DNA of 64,000 nucleotides from Candidatus Tayloriibacteriota bacterium. GTDB taxonomy: Bacteria; Patescibacteriota; Minisyncoccia; Phycocordibacterales; UBA6065. This document shows, piece by piece, positions 19,918-29,121 of the stretch. Within the stretch, counting starts at the first letter, position 1. The number at the start of each line of letters is the position of its first letter. Position numbers and translations under genes: made by a program. Under the pieces are notes generated by a model. The model made no database searches. It saw only the letters and a program-made list of their open reading frames with translations, and had not been told where the DNA came from. The DNA is taken from positions 59,597 through 123,596 of the forward strand of contig JACRJQ010000002.1 of NCBI GenBank assembly GCA_016215405.1, written 5' to 3'.

Positions 19918-21138
19918 TTATTCCGACGAATAGAGCTTGCCGGCGAAAGCGGATAGGAGCGCGAGGAAGGGATCCTTATCCGAATGCTTGCCGAAAGCGA
20001 CGACCGGTTTGAGCTTGTCGTGATTAAGGAGCGTAACGGAGAGCGGGACATCGATGACTCCGAACTCGGCGACCTTCTCGTCTTTAAGGGCCTTCATGAA
20101 GAACGGAACGAAATCGTTATATATGACGGCGAAGAGCTTCGTGGGCACGGAAGTCCGAGTCGATACGCCCTGCAAGACGTAATGGAACGCGTCCATCCAT
20201 TCTTTACGCGCCTCTGCCATGATAGGAGCGAGCCTTTCGAGGACGTCCGGCGTGGCTTGATTCTCTTCCGCAAGGCGGATAAGCGACGCCGCCTCTTCAG
20301 GGCTCGCCCCGAGGGCCTTCGAGACCTTCCTCACCACGAAATGCCTTCCGAAAGGAAAGCTCGCCGTCTCGAGCATGAGGCCGTCTTTGACGACGGAGAT
20401 CTCCGAGAGCTCGCCTCCGATATCGAGGAATATGAAATCTTTCTCGCCCTTAAACGCGGAACGGACGGTCGAGAACGCGGCGAGCGGCAGAGAGAACGAC
20501 TGGACCGATTTAGGATGGTACGCCATGTAGGCAGCCTCAGAGACCTTCTCCACGACCGCCTTCGGCACGAAGCTCATAAAGATCGAGATCTCTGCCTTTT
20601 CCGCGCGCTTCCCATACGGCTCGGCGATCTCGTAGCCGTTGAGCTTTATCTGCACGACCCTCTCTTCGATGGTGTCGAGCGCGTTCGCGAGCCCGGGCGA
20701 GCCCTCGGCCATCTCGCGCTCGAATATCTTCTCTTGTTCGCGAAGGACCCTCTCCGCCATCTCTTTGGTGAAGACGAACCCTTCCTTCTTCTCGATGGTC
20801 GCGATCTTCGTCTGCGTGACAGACCACGGCGAAGCGAAAGCGCAAAAGACCCTTTTGACAGAAAGGCTGCCGAACTCGGTGAATTTGAGATGAGCGAGGC
20901 CTTCCTTGGCGAGCCTTAGGTTCGTCCTTTTTACGGCCTCGACCATGTCGGCGAGGAATCTCTGGGCATCGAGCTCGTCGCGGTAAGGCAGAGGCTCTCT
21001 GAGAGCGAAGACGACATGAGGGATCTCTCCCCGCTTGAGCCTCACGAGGCCGGCGCCCACGGACGAGGAGCCGATATGGAATACCACGCCGAGCTCTGAT
21101 TTAGGCGAGAAAAGAGACATGCGCATATTGTAGCGCAC
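19918..21138 (-). CDS. actin/Hsp70-fold ATPase (FtsA/PilM-like or Ppx/GppA-like)
   Basis: N-terminal phosphate-1 motif VVFHIGSSSVGAGLV and phosphate-2 FIFLDIGGELSEISVV; the exact start (21138, 21123 or 21117) is uncertain. Confidence 0.55.
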   Translation of the reverse strand: MRYNMRMSLFSPKSELGVVFHIGSSSVGAGLVRLKRGEIPHVVFALREPLPYRDELDAQRFLADMVEAVKRTNLRLAKEGLAHLKFTEFGSLSVKRVFCAFASPWSVTQTKIATIEKKEGFVFTKEMAERVLREQEKIFEREMAEGSPGLANALDTIEERVVQIKLNGYEIAEPYGKRAEKAEISIFMSFVPKAVVEKVSEAAYMAYHPKSVQSFSLPLAAFSTVRSAFKGEKDFIFLDIGGELSEISVVKDGLMLETASFPFGRHFVVRKVSKALGASPEEAASLIRLAEENQATPDVLERLAPIMAEARKEWMDAFHYVLQGVSTRTSVPTKLFAVIYNDFVPFFMKALKDEKVAEFGVIDVPLSVTLLNHDKLKPVVAFGKHSDKDPFLALLSAFAGKLYSSE

Positions 21139-21164
21139 TAATCGAGAGAGAAATTCACAGCGAG

Positions 21165-23015
21165 CTACGAGAGCACCGCCTTTATGCGCCTCACTCCCGC
21201 AGAGACGGCCTCTTCCTTTTGGATCTTGAAGCTTCCGAGAGCGCTGGTGTTCTCCACGTGCGGGCCGCCGCAGAACTCCTTCGAATAGGCGGAGTCGATA
21301 GAGTCGCCGATGTAATAGACGGAAACGACGTCGCCGTACTTATCGCCAAAGAAGTGGTAGGCGCCGGTCTTTAGGGCCTCGTCTTTCGGGAGCTCTACGC
21401 GATGGACCGGGAGGGCGGCTTTGATCTTGGCGTTCACTATGTCCTCTACCCTCTTTTTCTCTTCATCGGTCATCTTTGCGCCGTGGGTGAAGTCGAAGCG
21501 AAGCCTCTCGGGCGTTATATTCGATCCTTTCTGCGATACATGGTCTCCGAGGACTTCATGGAGCGCCTTGTGGAGGAGGTGGGTGGCGGTGTGGTATTTG
21601 AGCGACATCTCCGATGTGTCGCCGAGTCCGCCTTTGAACTTCGCCTCCGCGCCGGCGCGCGAGAGGTCCTGGTGCTTTTTGAATTCTTCGTCAAATTGAG
21701 TTTTCAATTCGCCAATTTTTTCACTTGAGAGAACAAAAGGTGTCTGCACCCTTTCACTTTGAATAATTTCAATCGCTAATTCAAATGGAAACCCATATGT
21801 TGTAAATAGATCTAGGAAAAAACGCCCGTCTAATTTAATCTTCTTTTCGGGTCCTGCGTCTCCGAAAGATGTAAGACTAGGGAAAGTCTTTTTGAGTTCC
21901 TTGAGCCCTTGATCTAAGGTTGCCTTAAACCTCACTTCTTCTTTTCGAAGAACAGTCTTTACTGTTTCTCCATTAAGATTCGGATAATGCGTTTGATAAG
22001 CGTTAACGTACTTCTCCACAATTTCAAGCCCAATATCAGCAGGAAGCATTAAATGTCCCATCTTAAATACAGCTCTTCGGAGAATTCGCCTCAAGACGTA
22101 ACCTTGATCTTTATTTGAGGGAACAACTCCATCTGATATAAGAAAGGTAGCGGTTCTAAGATGATCTGCAACTATTCGAGCTGACCTTTCATCATAATTC
22201 TTTGAATTCTTCCTAATTAAATCAATTATAGGAAGAAATACATCCGTTTCAAAAACATTCGTCTTTTTTTGTAAGACTGTGGCGAGACGTTCAAGGCCTG
22301 CGCCGGTATCGACGTTCCTCTTGGCGAGCTTCGACACGATCTTGCCGTCTTTTTTCTCGAATTCCATGAAGACGTCGTTCCAGATCTCGATGACCCTGCC
22401 CTCATCGTCCGCCTTATCGTATTCGGCCGGAGTCATATCGCCGAGACCGCTTTTGGTGATGTCATAGAACATCTCCGAGCACGGCCCGGTCGGACCTGTC
22501 CACGCGTCCTTACCCTTTACTGCCGGCCACCAGTTAGCGGAAGCATCTTTAAAATAGATTCTATTTTCGGGCACTCCTGCCGACACCCAGGCTTTTTTCG
22601 CCTCTTCGTCTCGAGGCGCATTCTCGTCGCCGGCGAACACAGTGACGTAGAGCCTTTTCGGGTCGAGCCCGAATCCTTCAGTCTTCGACGTCAAAAGCTC
22701 GTAGCTCCATTTGATCGCCTCCTCTTTGAAGTAGCTGCCGAGCGACCAGTTGCCGAGCATCTCGAAGAACGTCAGGTGCCGGTTGTCTCCGATATCGTCG
22801 ATGTCGCCGGTTCGGACGCATTTTTGGACGTCGGCGAGCCTGTCGCCCTGAGGATGCGGACGGCCCATGAGGTACGGGACCAAGGGCTGCATGCCCGCCG
22901 TGTTAAAGAGAACCGTTGGATCGTTCTCGGGCACGAGAGGAGCCGAAGGGATGATGGCGTGTCCCCTCTTTTCGAAAAATGCGAGGAACCTCCTGCGTAC
23001 TTCTGCGGATGTCAT
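21165..23015 (-). CDS. alaS: alanine--tRNA ligase, truncated form (catalytic + tRNA-binding + editing domains, no C-Ala domain)
   Basis: 616 aa; N-terminal FEKRGHAIIPSAPLVPENDPTVLFNTAGM; editing-domain HxxxH (HTATHLLHKALHEV) and CGGPHV motifs near the C-terminus. Confidence 0.9.
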   Translation of the reverse strand: MTSAEVRRRFLAFFEKRGHAIIPSAPLVPENDPTVLFNTAGMQPLVPYLMGRPHPQGDRLADVQKCVRTGDIDDIGDNRHLTFFEMLGNWSLGSYFKEEAIKWSYELLTSKTEGFGLDPKRLYVTVFAGDENAPRDEEAKKAWVSAGVPENRIYFKDASANWWPAVKGKDAWTGPTGPCSEMFYDITKSGLGDMTPAEYDKADDEGRVIEIWNDVFMEFEKKDGKIVSKLAKRNVDTGAGLERLATVLQKKTNVFETDVFLPIIDLIRKNSKNYDERSARIVADHLRTATFLISDGVVPSNKDQGYVLRRILRRAVFKMGHLMLPADIGLEIVEKYVNAYQTHYPNLNGETVKTVLRKEEVRFKATLDQGLKELKKTFPSLTSFGDAGPEKKIKLDGRFFLDLFTTYGFPFELAIEIIQSERVQTPFVLSSEKIGELKTQFDEEFKKHQDLSRAGAEAKFKGGLGDTSEMSLKYHTATHLLHKALHEVLGDHVSQKGSNITPERLRFDFTHGAKMTDEEKKRVEDIVNAKIKAALPVHRVELPKDEALKTGAYHFFGDKYGDVVSVYYIGDSIDSAYSKEFCGGPHVENTSALGSFKIQKEEAVSAGVRRIKAVLS

Positions 23016-23026
23016 AGATGCTTAAT

Positions 23027-24784
23027 CTACCTGTTTTTCGTCAGCTTTTCCAGCCTCTCTATATCCTTCTCTATAGACCGCAGCCCTTTCTTCCAGAAAT
23101 CCGGCTTCGTGACGTCTATGCCGATGGATTTGAATATATTCTCCGGCGAATCCGTCCCCCCCGCGGAAAGGAATCGGTTTATCTTGCCGAGGAAGCCCTT
23201 GTCCTTCTTGTACTCGGCGTAGAGCGCCTTCGATATGAGCTGTCCGAACGCGTAGGAGTAGACATAGAAGAATCGGCGGATATGGCTCCACTGGACGAAG
23301 AAGTTCCCGTCGATGTCCTTCATTCGGACCGCGGGCCCGAGGTATGCGGACATGTGCTCGTTCATGAGGGATCGGATCTCGTCTTTGGATATCTCCCCCT
23401 TCTCTCGTATCGCCCTATGGAGATCGGCCTCGAAGTTGAAGCAGGCGATCTGGCGGAAGATCGTCTGTATGTCGTCGTTTATCCTCTTGTGCAGGGCGAC
23501 GACCTTCTCCTCGTCGGAGAGGGTCTCGAACACCGATTCGAACACGAACGACTCGAAAAGGGTGGACGCGACCTCGGCCGTAGAGGTCGAATAGTGCTGA
23601 TACAGGGGCATAAGGGGCTTCGACATCTCCGTATGTATCGCGTGGCCCATCTCGTGAGCGAAGGTCATAACCTGATCGAACGCCTTCGTGTAGTTGAGGA
23701 GGACATAGGTAGGCATGCCGATATTTCCTGAGCAGTAGGCGCCCCCCGTCTTTCCCACCCTTGGATACACGTCTATCTGGCCCTTCTCGAGATAGCCGTC
23801 GAGGATCGAAAGGTATCGTTCGTCGACCGAGCCGAAGACCCGCCTGAGGGTCGCGACCGCCTCTTCGAAAGGCACTTCTCGCAGGTTCTCTCCGATGCCC
23901 ACCGCCCTGTCGGAATACTCGAGCGACGGAAGCTTGAGGAGCTTCGCTTTGAGCTCGTAGAACCTATGGCTTATGCCGAAACTGTCGGTCACGGCGTCGA
24001 CGAGCGCGAGCACGCTCTTCCTGTCGTTCTGATAGCCGAGTATGGTCTGGTCGTACGGCTCCTTGAACCCCCGCAGCTCGTCCCCTATCTTCTTGTCGCC
24101 TACGATGGCGTTGATCTCGCTCTCCGCGACCTCGCTTATGGATTCGAGCGCTTTCATGCACTTCTCGTGGAGCTCTCGGCGCTCCTTGAGGGGCGAGTCG
24201 TGGACCTTCGAGAGCGCTTCGAAGATCGGGAGCTTCTTGTCTCCGAGATCTATCGTGAGCCTGTTGAGGAGCTTCTCGGTGCCCACGACCCACTGCTCGT
24301 ATGCAGGGATCCTCTTGAGACCCAGGATCTTCTCTTCGGGCTCGGAGAGGTCGTGCTTCGCGCGCTCGAAGACGTTCTTGAGGAAATACCTGAAGGGAGC
24401 GAGCCTCTTGCTCTTGAGGAGCTTCTTTTGCGCTGCGGCGGGGATCTTCGCCAGAGCGAGCTCGAAGAATACGGTCCGGTTATCGTTCTTCTGGAGCCTT
24501 TCGAGTATCTGTGTCCTTTTCGCGCGCGCGACGGAGTCGCTCGCATCGAGGTCCTGGATGAAGCTGAAATACATATACCCTTTTGCCGGCGCAGGGTCGT
24601 TAAAGAGAGACTCATAATCGCGAAGCGCCTCGACGAGCTTCGTCTCGCTTTTGAGATAGCCGCGGTCAGTGCGATATTTCTTTTCGAACGCCGCATAGGC
24701 GCGCTCGACGGCCTTCATGTCTTTCTCGATCTGAGGGTCGTCATGGCTCTTATAGAGCAAACCGAGATTCCAAGTCGTTTTCAT
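23027..24784 (-). CDS. pepF: oligoendopeptidase F (M3B metallopeptidase)
   Basis: 585 aa with the zinc-binding HEMGH motif. Confidence 0.88.
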   Translation of the reverse strand: MKTTWNLGLLYKSHDDPQIEKDMKAVERAYAAFEKKYRTDRGYLKSETKLVEALRDYESLFNDPAPAKGYMYFSFIQDLDASDSVARAKRTQILERLQKNDNRTVFFELALAKIPAAAQKKLLKSKRLAPFRYFLKNVFERAKHDLSEPEEKILGLKRIPAYEQWVVGTEKLLNRLTIDLGDKKLPIFEALSKVHDSPLKERRELHEKCMKALESISEVAESEINAIVGDKKIGDELRGFKEPYDQTILGYQNDRKSVLALVDAVTDSFGISHRFYELKAKLLKLPSLEYSDRAVGIGENLREVPFEEAVATLRRVFGSVDERYLSILDGYLEKGQIDVYPRVGKTGGAYCSGNIGMPTYVLLNYTKAFDQVMTFAHEMGHAIHTEMSKPLMPLYQHYSTSTAEVASTLFESFVFESVFETLSDEEKVVALHKRINDDIQTIFRQIACFNFEADLHRAIREKGEISKDEIRSLMNEHMSAYLGPAVRMKDIDGNFFVQWSHIRRFFYVYSYAFGQLISKALYAEYKKDKGFLGKINRFLSAGGTDSPENIFKSIGIDVTKPDFWKKGLRSIEKDIERLEKLTKNR

Positions 24785-25381
24785 CTAGATGTATTTCTTT
24801 AATATCTGAAAATCTTCCTTCATCTGCCCTTTCATCCCTCCATTATAGAGGGCGACGGCAGGATGGTAGAGGGCGACCACCGTCACGTCGCCGTAGGGAG
24901 CAGAACCCTTGAATTCCTTCCCGTGTATCTTGGAGACGATCTGAAGCTCAGAGGCGAGCCCATACCTCTCGAATACGTATCTCATCGAATGCCTGCCGAG
25001 GGTAGCGATGACGCGTGGCTTCATGACGGCGATCTGTCGGTCGAGGAACGGCCCATAGAGCTCGATCTCGGCCTGCTCGGGATCCCTATTTCCCGGCGGC
25101 CTGTCTTTGACGAGATTCGTCACGTACACCGACTTGCGATCCATTCCGATAGAAGCGAGGAGCTCGTCGAGGACCCTTCCCGCCCTGCCGCAAAAAGGCT
25201 TGCCCGTCTTCGCCTCTGTCTCTCCCGGAGCCTCTCCTACGAACATGACGCTCGCTTCGTGATCCCCGTCGCCAATCACGGGAACATAGCCGTTCTCGGT
25301 CCTGTAGGCGTATAGGGGCGATAGGGCGAGAGCGGTCACCTCTTCCTTTATTTTCGCAAGCTCTTCGGCATTCGAAACCAT
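24785..25381 (-). CDS. uracil-DNA glycosylase, family 4
   Basis: GEAPGETEAKTGKPFCGRAGRVL motif; the stop directly abuts the pepF start. Confidence 0.85.
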   Translation of the reverse strand: MVSNAEELAKIKEEVTALALSPLYAYRTENGYVPVIGDGDHEASVMFVGEAPGETEAKTGKPFCGRAGRVLDELLASIGMDRKSVYVTNLVKDRPPGNRDPEQAEIELYGPFLDRQIAVMKPRVIATLGRHSMRYVFERYGLASELQIVSKIHGKEFKGSAPYGDVTVVALYHPAVALYNGGMKGQMKEDFQILKKYI

Positions 25382-25403
25382 ACCTGAGAGTATATAGCAA
25401 AAC

Positions 25404-25691
25404 TCACCCGCAAGGGTGAGTCTGGTCGAAGCATTGCTTCCCGCCGTTCATCACGAAATGGTCGAAGGCCTCGTTGTCCGTGGCCGACCTTCCGAGATGA
25501 AGCGAAGCGTAGTAGCGATTTATATCGCCGAGCGCCATTGCGAGCTGCTCGAGAAGCCTGTTGCGGGCGCGGAGATTGCGTATCTCCTGCATGAGCGCTT
25601 CTTCGGTGGCGAGAGGTTTGGGGCTCTCGAAGGGGACGATCTGAGCCGTCCCCGATCCTAAAGGTGGGTCTTGAAGAGCTGTCGAGGTCAT
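25404..25691 (-). CDS. hypothetical small coiled-coil protein
   Basis: The ORF-track 25404..25874 overlaps the MGMT gene in another frame; it was trimmed to the internal ATG at 25691, so the start is very uncertain. Confidence 0.3.
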   Translation of the reverse strand: MTSTALQDPPLGSGTAQIVPFESPKPLATEEALMQEIRNLRARNRLLEQLAMALGDINRYYASLHLGRSATDNEAFDHFVMNGGKQCFDQTHPCG

Positions 25692-25756
25692 GGGGTAAAG
25701 GTGGTTTACCCTATTCTCCTCCTCTGCCTCTTCGCGCGCCAGCGAGTTATGCACAC

Positions 25757-26053
25757 TTACGAGATCGCACCCTCCTTTCGCAAGAGCGCTTCTTTTGCCT
25801 TCGAGCCTTCTTTGCCTCCGCGGACCCCGTTGTATCCGCCGATCTTTCCGTCGGACCTCACCACGCGATGGCACGGTACGGACAGGTCCGAATTATTCGC
25901 CATGATCATGCCAACGGCGCGCGCGCCGCCCAAAGACCCCGCGCGCAGGGCGACCTCCGCATAGGAAAGCGTCTTTCCTTTCGGGATATCCCTCACGACC
26001 TGTAGCACCCGCTCCTTAAAAGAGCTTATCCGTCTTGTGGTTAGGTTCTTCAT
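25757..26053 (-). CDS. ogt: methylated-DNA--protein-cysteine methyltransferase, DNA-binding/active-site domain only
   Basis: 98 aa containing the PCHRVV active-site motif and a helix-turn-helix; it overlaps the stop of the upstream nuclease gene by 38 nt. Confidence 0.8.
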   Translation of the reverse strand: MKNLTTRRISSFKERVLQVVRDIPKGKTLSYAEVALRAGSLGGARAVGMIMANNSDLSVPCHRVVRSDGKIGGYNGVRGGKEGSKAKEALLRKEGAIS

Positions 26054-26915
26054 CTTTCTTAGTACGCTTCGGTTTAGGCTTCTCTTTCTTTTCAGCTCCT
26101 GTATCCCCCTCTTCGAGATCCTTCACGGACCTCTTCGAGAACTTCGACTCCACCTGTATGGCGAGCTTCCTGAAATTGCAGTAATCGCACGTCGGATCTG
26201 CCTTAGGGAGCTCGTCTTTGTCGAGGCACGCCTTCGCCCTTACGATAGCGGCGTCGACCCATGAGTCGTTTCCCTTGTACGGAATGAGGGTCACCTCGAA
26301 TTCGAGCTTGGCGTCGAAGGCCTTGCGGTCGCGGAGGCCGTTCGCATACACGAAATAGCCGGTGTCGGAGACCGTAAAGCCCTTCCGCCTCAAAAGCCAC
26401 TGATAGACCTCCATCTGCCTCTTGTAGCCGTCTTGCCACTCGGCGTCGAGATTCACCTTCTCGTCTTTCGACGTCGATTTGTAATCCACGACGATAAGCT
26501 CGCCCGCAGGATTGACCCAGACGTCGTCCACGGCGCCGCTGATGAGAAGACCGGTCTCCTTGTGGACGCACTGTATGCCTTCGAAGTTCTCGCGCCAGGT
26601 GTTCATCTCGGAATGAGCGAACGGGATCGCGTCTACTCCGTAGGTCTGCATAAGTGGATGGGCGGTCTTGGCCGCGCGATGCGCGTCGAACTCCTTCTTG
26701 AGGAGGTGGTCGACGGCTGAGTTGAGGTTGAAAGGAAACCCGCGAGGCCGCGCCACGCCGAGCTTGTTATCGAGGTAGAAGCACCTCTCGCATTCCATAA
26801 AGAGATCGAGCTTCGATCGGGAGAGCTTCCATTTCTTTCCAGGATAGTTCCAATCGGCAGAACGGATCGGTTTCGGCATGAAGTTGTTCATAGCTCTGGT
26901 TTCGCTTAGGCGCAA
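26016..26915 (-). CDS. Cas4-like / RecB-family PD-(D/E)xK exonuclease with Cys cluster (DUF83-like)
   Basis: VVDYKST...(E)..K nuclease motif, an N-terminal CxxC (ECERCFY) and a C-terminal C-x12-C-x2-C (CLDKDELPKADPTCDYC), the arrangement of the Cas4 Fe-S ligands. Confidence 0.7.
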   Translation of the reverse strand: MRLSETRAMNNFMPKPIRSADWNYPGKKWKLSRSKLDLFMECERCFYLDNKLGVARPRGFPFNLNSAVDHLLKKEFDAHRAAKTAHPLMQTYGVDAIPFAHSEMNTWRENFEGIQCVHKETGLLISGAVDDVWVNPAGELIVVDYKSTSKDEKVNLDAEWQDGYKRQMEVYQWLLRRKGFTVSDTGYFVYANGLRDRKAFDAKLEFEVTLIPYKGNDSWVDAAIVRAKACLDKDELPKADPTCDYCNFRKLAIQVESKFSKRSVKDLEEGDTGAEKKEKPKPKRTKKDEEPNHKTDKLF

Positions 26916-27739
26916 AGGTGGTCGATCTCGGCTAATACCTGTTTTATCTTGTTCGAAGGGATGCCGTAGCTTTCGAGTGAGTCTCTCCTATTGGCGACCT
27001 GCTTGCAGAGGACGAGCCCTGCGTCGAGAAGCGTCCTCTTCTCTGTATGGGTGAGGGTCGTAAGCGAGGTGAGCGGATGGAGGCCGGTATCGGAGACGAG
27101 GTCCTCGAGGCTTCCCTTTCGGGGATAGTTCCAGCCAACAAGCGAGAGCCCCTGGCACGAGGCGTAGCGGATGGCCGTATCGGTGAATTTGGTGTTGGTG
27201 AAGAGCTGGAAGAGCGTGATCTTGCGCTTCTTTCCGCCGTATTCGAACGTCTGCGTCTTGAGGTCGTCGTAGCGCGCCTTCACATAGAGAGCGACCTTGA
27301 GGTCGGATTTGAGGCCCGGCTCGTTATGGAACTTGGCTTCGACCATGACGAGCTCGGAGCCTTTCCACGCGACCACGTCGACCTCGTGCTCGACGCATCC
27401 GCCCTGCACTATCTGGCCGGTGAGCGCCTCGTAGCCGTGAGCCTTGAATATCTCCGCTATGAATTTCTCGAACGGAAAGCCGTTAGGACCCAAGTCCGCG
27501 ATAGCGCGCTTCATTGAATAGCGCGCGGCGACCGGCTGGGCCGAGTGCCTGAGAAAGGAGAAGGCGTGGCGATATATCTCCGTCGTCGTCATGCCGGATA
27601 CAAGTTCCCTCTCTATGTGACGCAGTATGTCTTCGGCCTGCTCTTTCGCGGCTCCGGCCTTTCTCAGCGAATTGACGAGCTTTTGGGGATCGAACGCTTC
27701 CTGCTCTCCGGTCGATTTGGTGACGAAAATAGGCGACAT
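26906..27739 (-). CDS. ATP-cone domain fused to Mrr-type (PD-(D/E)xK) restriction endonuclease catalytic domain
   Basis: N-terminal ~85 aa ATP-cone (VTKSTGEQEAFDPQKLVNSLRKAG...VAARY), then an Mrr_cat-like region (FEKFIAEIFKAHGYE...VDVVAWKGSELVMVEAKFH...GLSLV). The Arg-rich 67-aa extension in the ORF track was removed because a terminator hairpin lies inside it. It overlaps the Cas4-like gene by 10 nt. Confidence 0.72.
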   Translation of the reverse strand: MSPIFVTKSTGEQEAFDPQKLVNSLRKAGAAKEQAEDILRHIERELVSGMTTTEIYRHAFSFLRHSAQPVAARYSMKRAIADLGPNGFPFEKFIAEIFKAHGYEALTGQIVQGGCVEHEVDVVAWKGSELVMVEAKFHNEPGLKSDLKVALYVKARYDDLKTQTFEYGGKKRKITLFQLFTNTKFTDTAIRYASCQGLSLVGWNYPRKGSLEDLVSDTGLHPLTSLTTLTHTEKRTLLDAGLVLCKQVANRRDSLESYGIPSNKIKQVLAEIDHLCA

Positions 27740-27760
27740 GCGGATAGTATAGCAAAGAAA

Positions 27761-27800
27761 AGCGGCGGTCCGAATCAGGACCGCCGCCCGCGTTTTTTTT
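27761..27800. terminator. bidirectional hairpin terminator between mnmA and the ATP-cone gene
   Basis: GCGGCGGTCC-GAATCA-GGACCGCCGC, flanked by T8 on the top strand and TTTTCTTTG on the minus strand. Confidence 0.6.
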
Positions 27801-27813
27801 AGGTCTCGGATCC

Positions 27814-27948
27814 TTATCGCGAGATCGGCGCCGAGGCCATCTTCACGAATGTCGCAGCGGTCGCTCCCAAAGCGACGAGAAGCGAGACGCCCGCAGAGAC
27901 GGCGTCGCCGAGCCCGACCGCGCGATAGAGCGTCGCGCACGTAAGCAT
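27814..27948 (-). CDS. possible 44-aa two-helix hydrophobic peptide
   Basis: Manual translation gives MLTCATLYRAVGLGDAVSAGVSLLVALGATAATFVKMASAPISR; it lies between the mnmA stop and the terminator, with a TATAAT-like box upstream; it may be spurious. Confidence 0.2.
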   Translation of the reverse strand: MLTCATLYRAVGLGDAVSAGVSLLVALGATAATFVKMASAPISR

Positions 27949-28000
27949 GTAGCTTACGACGAAGACGAGGAGCAGCACCACATAGGGTTTCACCTCTAAA

Positions 28001-29095
28001 TTATACCACTATTCCGCCTCCAAGACAAGTCTCTCCGTCGTAGACGACGAGCGACTGCCCGGAAGCGGCCATGATCGGCCTGTCGAACTTGAACACGGCT
28101 TCGCCTTCGCCTGTGACCTGAACGCGGCAAGGCACAAGCTCGCCGAGGTGGCGTATGCGAGCGAGGAGCGCTGTCGATCCGTTAGGATCTCCCGATATCC
28201 AGTTGCAGGAAGAGACGCGATAAGCCGTCTTCTCCGTTGAGAGTGCGCCGTCGGAAGACCTATGGGACACGACCACCTCGTTTCTCGAAAGGTTCCTCGA
28301 TACCACATAGTAGGGACGGCCGTCCGCAGTCTTGTTCGCGACCGTGAATCCGTGCCGCTCCCCTACGGTCAAAAACGCGGCGCCGTCATGCTCTCCTATG
28401 ACCGTCCCCTCCTCGTCGAGCACCTTGCCCTTTTTCAGCTCTATGTAATGGGAGAGGAATTCCTTGATGTCGACTTTCCCTATGAAGCAGAGGCCCTGGC
28501 TGTCTCTCTTCTCTGCGACCGGAAGGCGAAATCTCGCGGCGAGCCCCCTCGTCTCGCTCTTCGCCATGCCGCCCACCGGAAAAAGAATCCTGACGAGCTC
28601 TCGCTGTGAGAGCGTCCAAAGGAAGTAGGATTGGTCTTTCGACCTATCGGCGCCCATCCCCAACTCTACCGAGGCGAAACCTCGGTAATCGTTACCGAGG
28701 TTTCGCCTCGGTAAGACCTGCGCGTAATGCCCTGTCGCGATATAGTCGGCGCCACGAGCCATCGCCCAATCGAAGAAGCCGCCGAACTTGACGTACCGGT
28801 TGCACATGACGTCGGGGTTCGGCGTCCGTCCGGCCTTGTATTCTGAGACCATGTAATCGACGACCTCTTTCTTGTATTCCTTCTCCAGGTCTAGTGTGAG
28901 GAACGGTATGCCGAGGTGCACGCAGACGCGCATGGCGTCGAGCCTGTCCTCTCTCCACGTGCACTCCATCCAATCGGGCTGCCAGACCCTTATAAAGACT
29001 CCAGTCACATCGAAGCCTTGCTCTTTGAGAAGAGCAGCAGAGACGGAGGAATCGACTCCCCCCGACATGCCGACATAGACTTTCTTTCCGTTCAT
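28001..29095 (-). CDS. mnmA: tRNA-specific 2-thiouridylase MnmA
   Basis: PP-loop SGGVDSS and catalytic Cys residues. Confidence 0.9.
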   Translation of the reverse strand: MNGKKVYVGMSGGVDSSVSAALLKEQGFDVTGVFIRVWQPDWMECTWREDRLDAMRVCVHLGIPFLTLDLEKEYKKEVVDYMVSEYKAGRTPNPDVMCNRYVKFGGFFDWAMARGADYIATGHYAQVLPRRNLGNDYRGFASVELGMGADRSKDQSYFLWTLSQRELVRILFPVGGMAKSETRGLAARFRLPVAEKRDSQGLCFIGKVDIKEFLSHYIELKKGKVLDEEGTVIGEHDGAAFLTVGERHGFTVANKTADGRPYYVVSRNLSRNEVVVSHRSSDGALSTEKTAYRVSSCNWISGDPNGSTALLARIRHLGELVPCRVQVTGEGEAVFKFDRPIMAASGQSLVVYDGETCLGGGIVV

Positions 29096-29121
29096 GGAGC
29101 TAACCTATCAGAGGCGGTGCC

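Noticed and set aside
25692-25874. upstream part of the 156-aa track ORF
   Set aside because: It overlaps the MGMT gene (PCHRVV motif) in another frame, and MGMT is the supported reading.
27740-27940. Arg-rich N-terminal extension of the ATP-cone gene
   Set aside because: It contains the mnmA terminator hairpin; the ATP-cone domain begins at the ATG at 27739.
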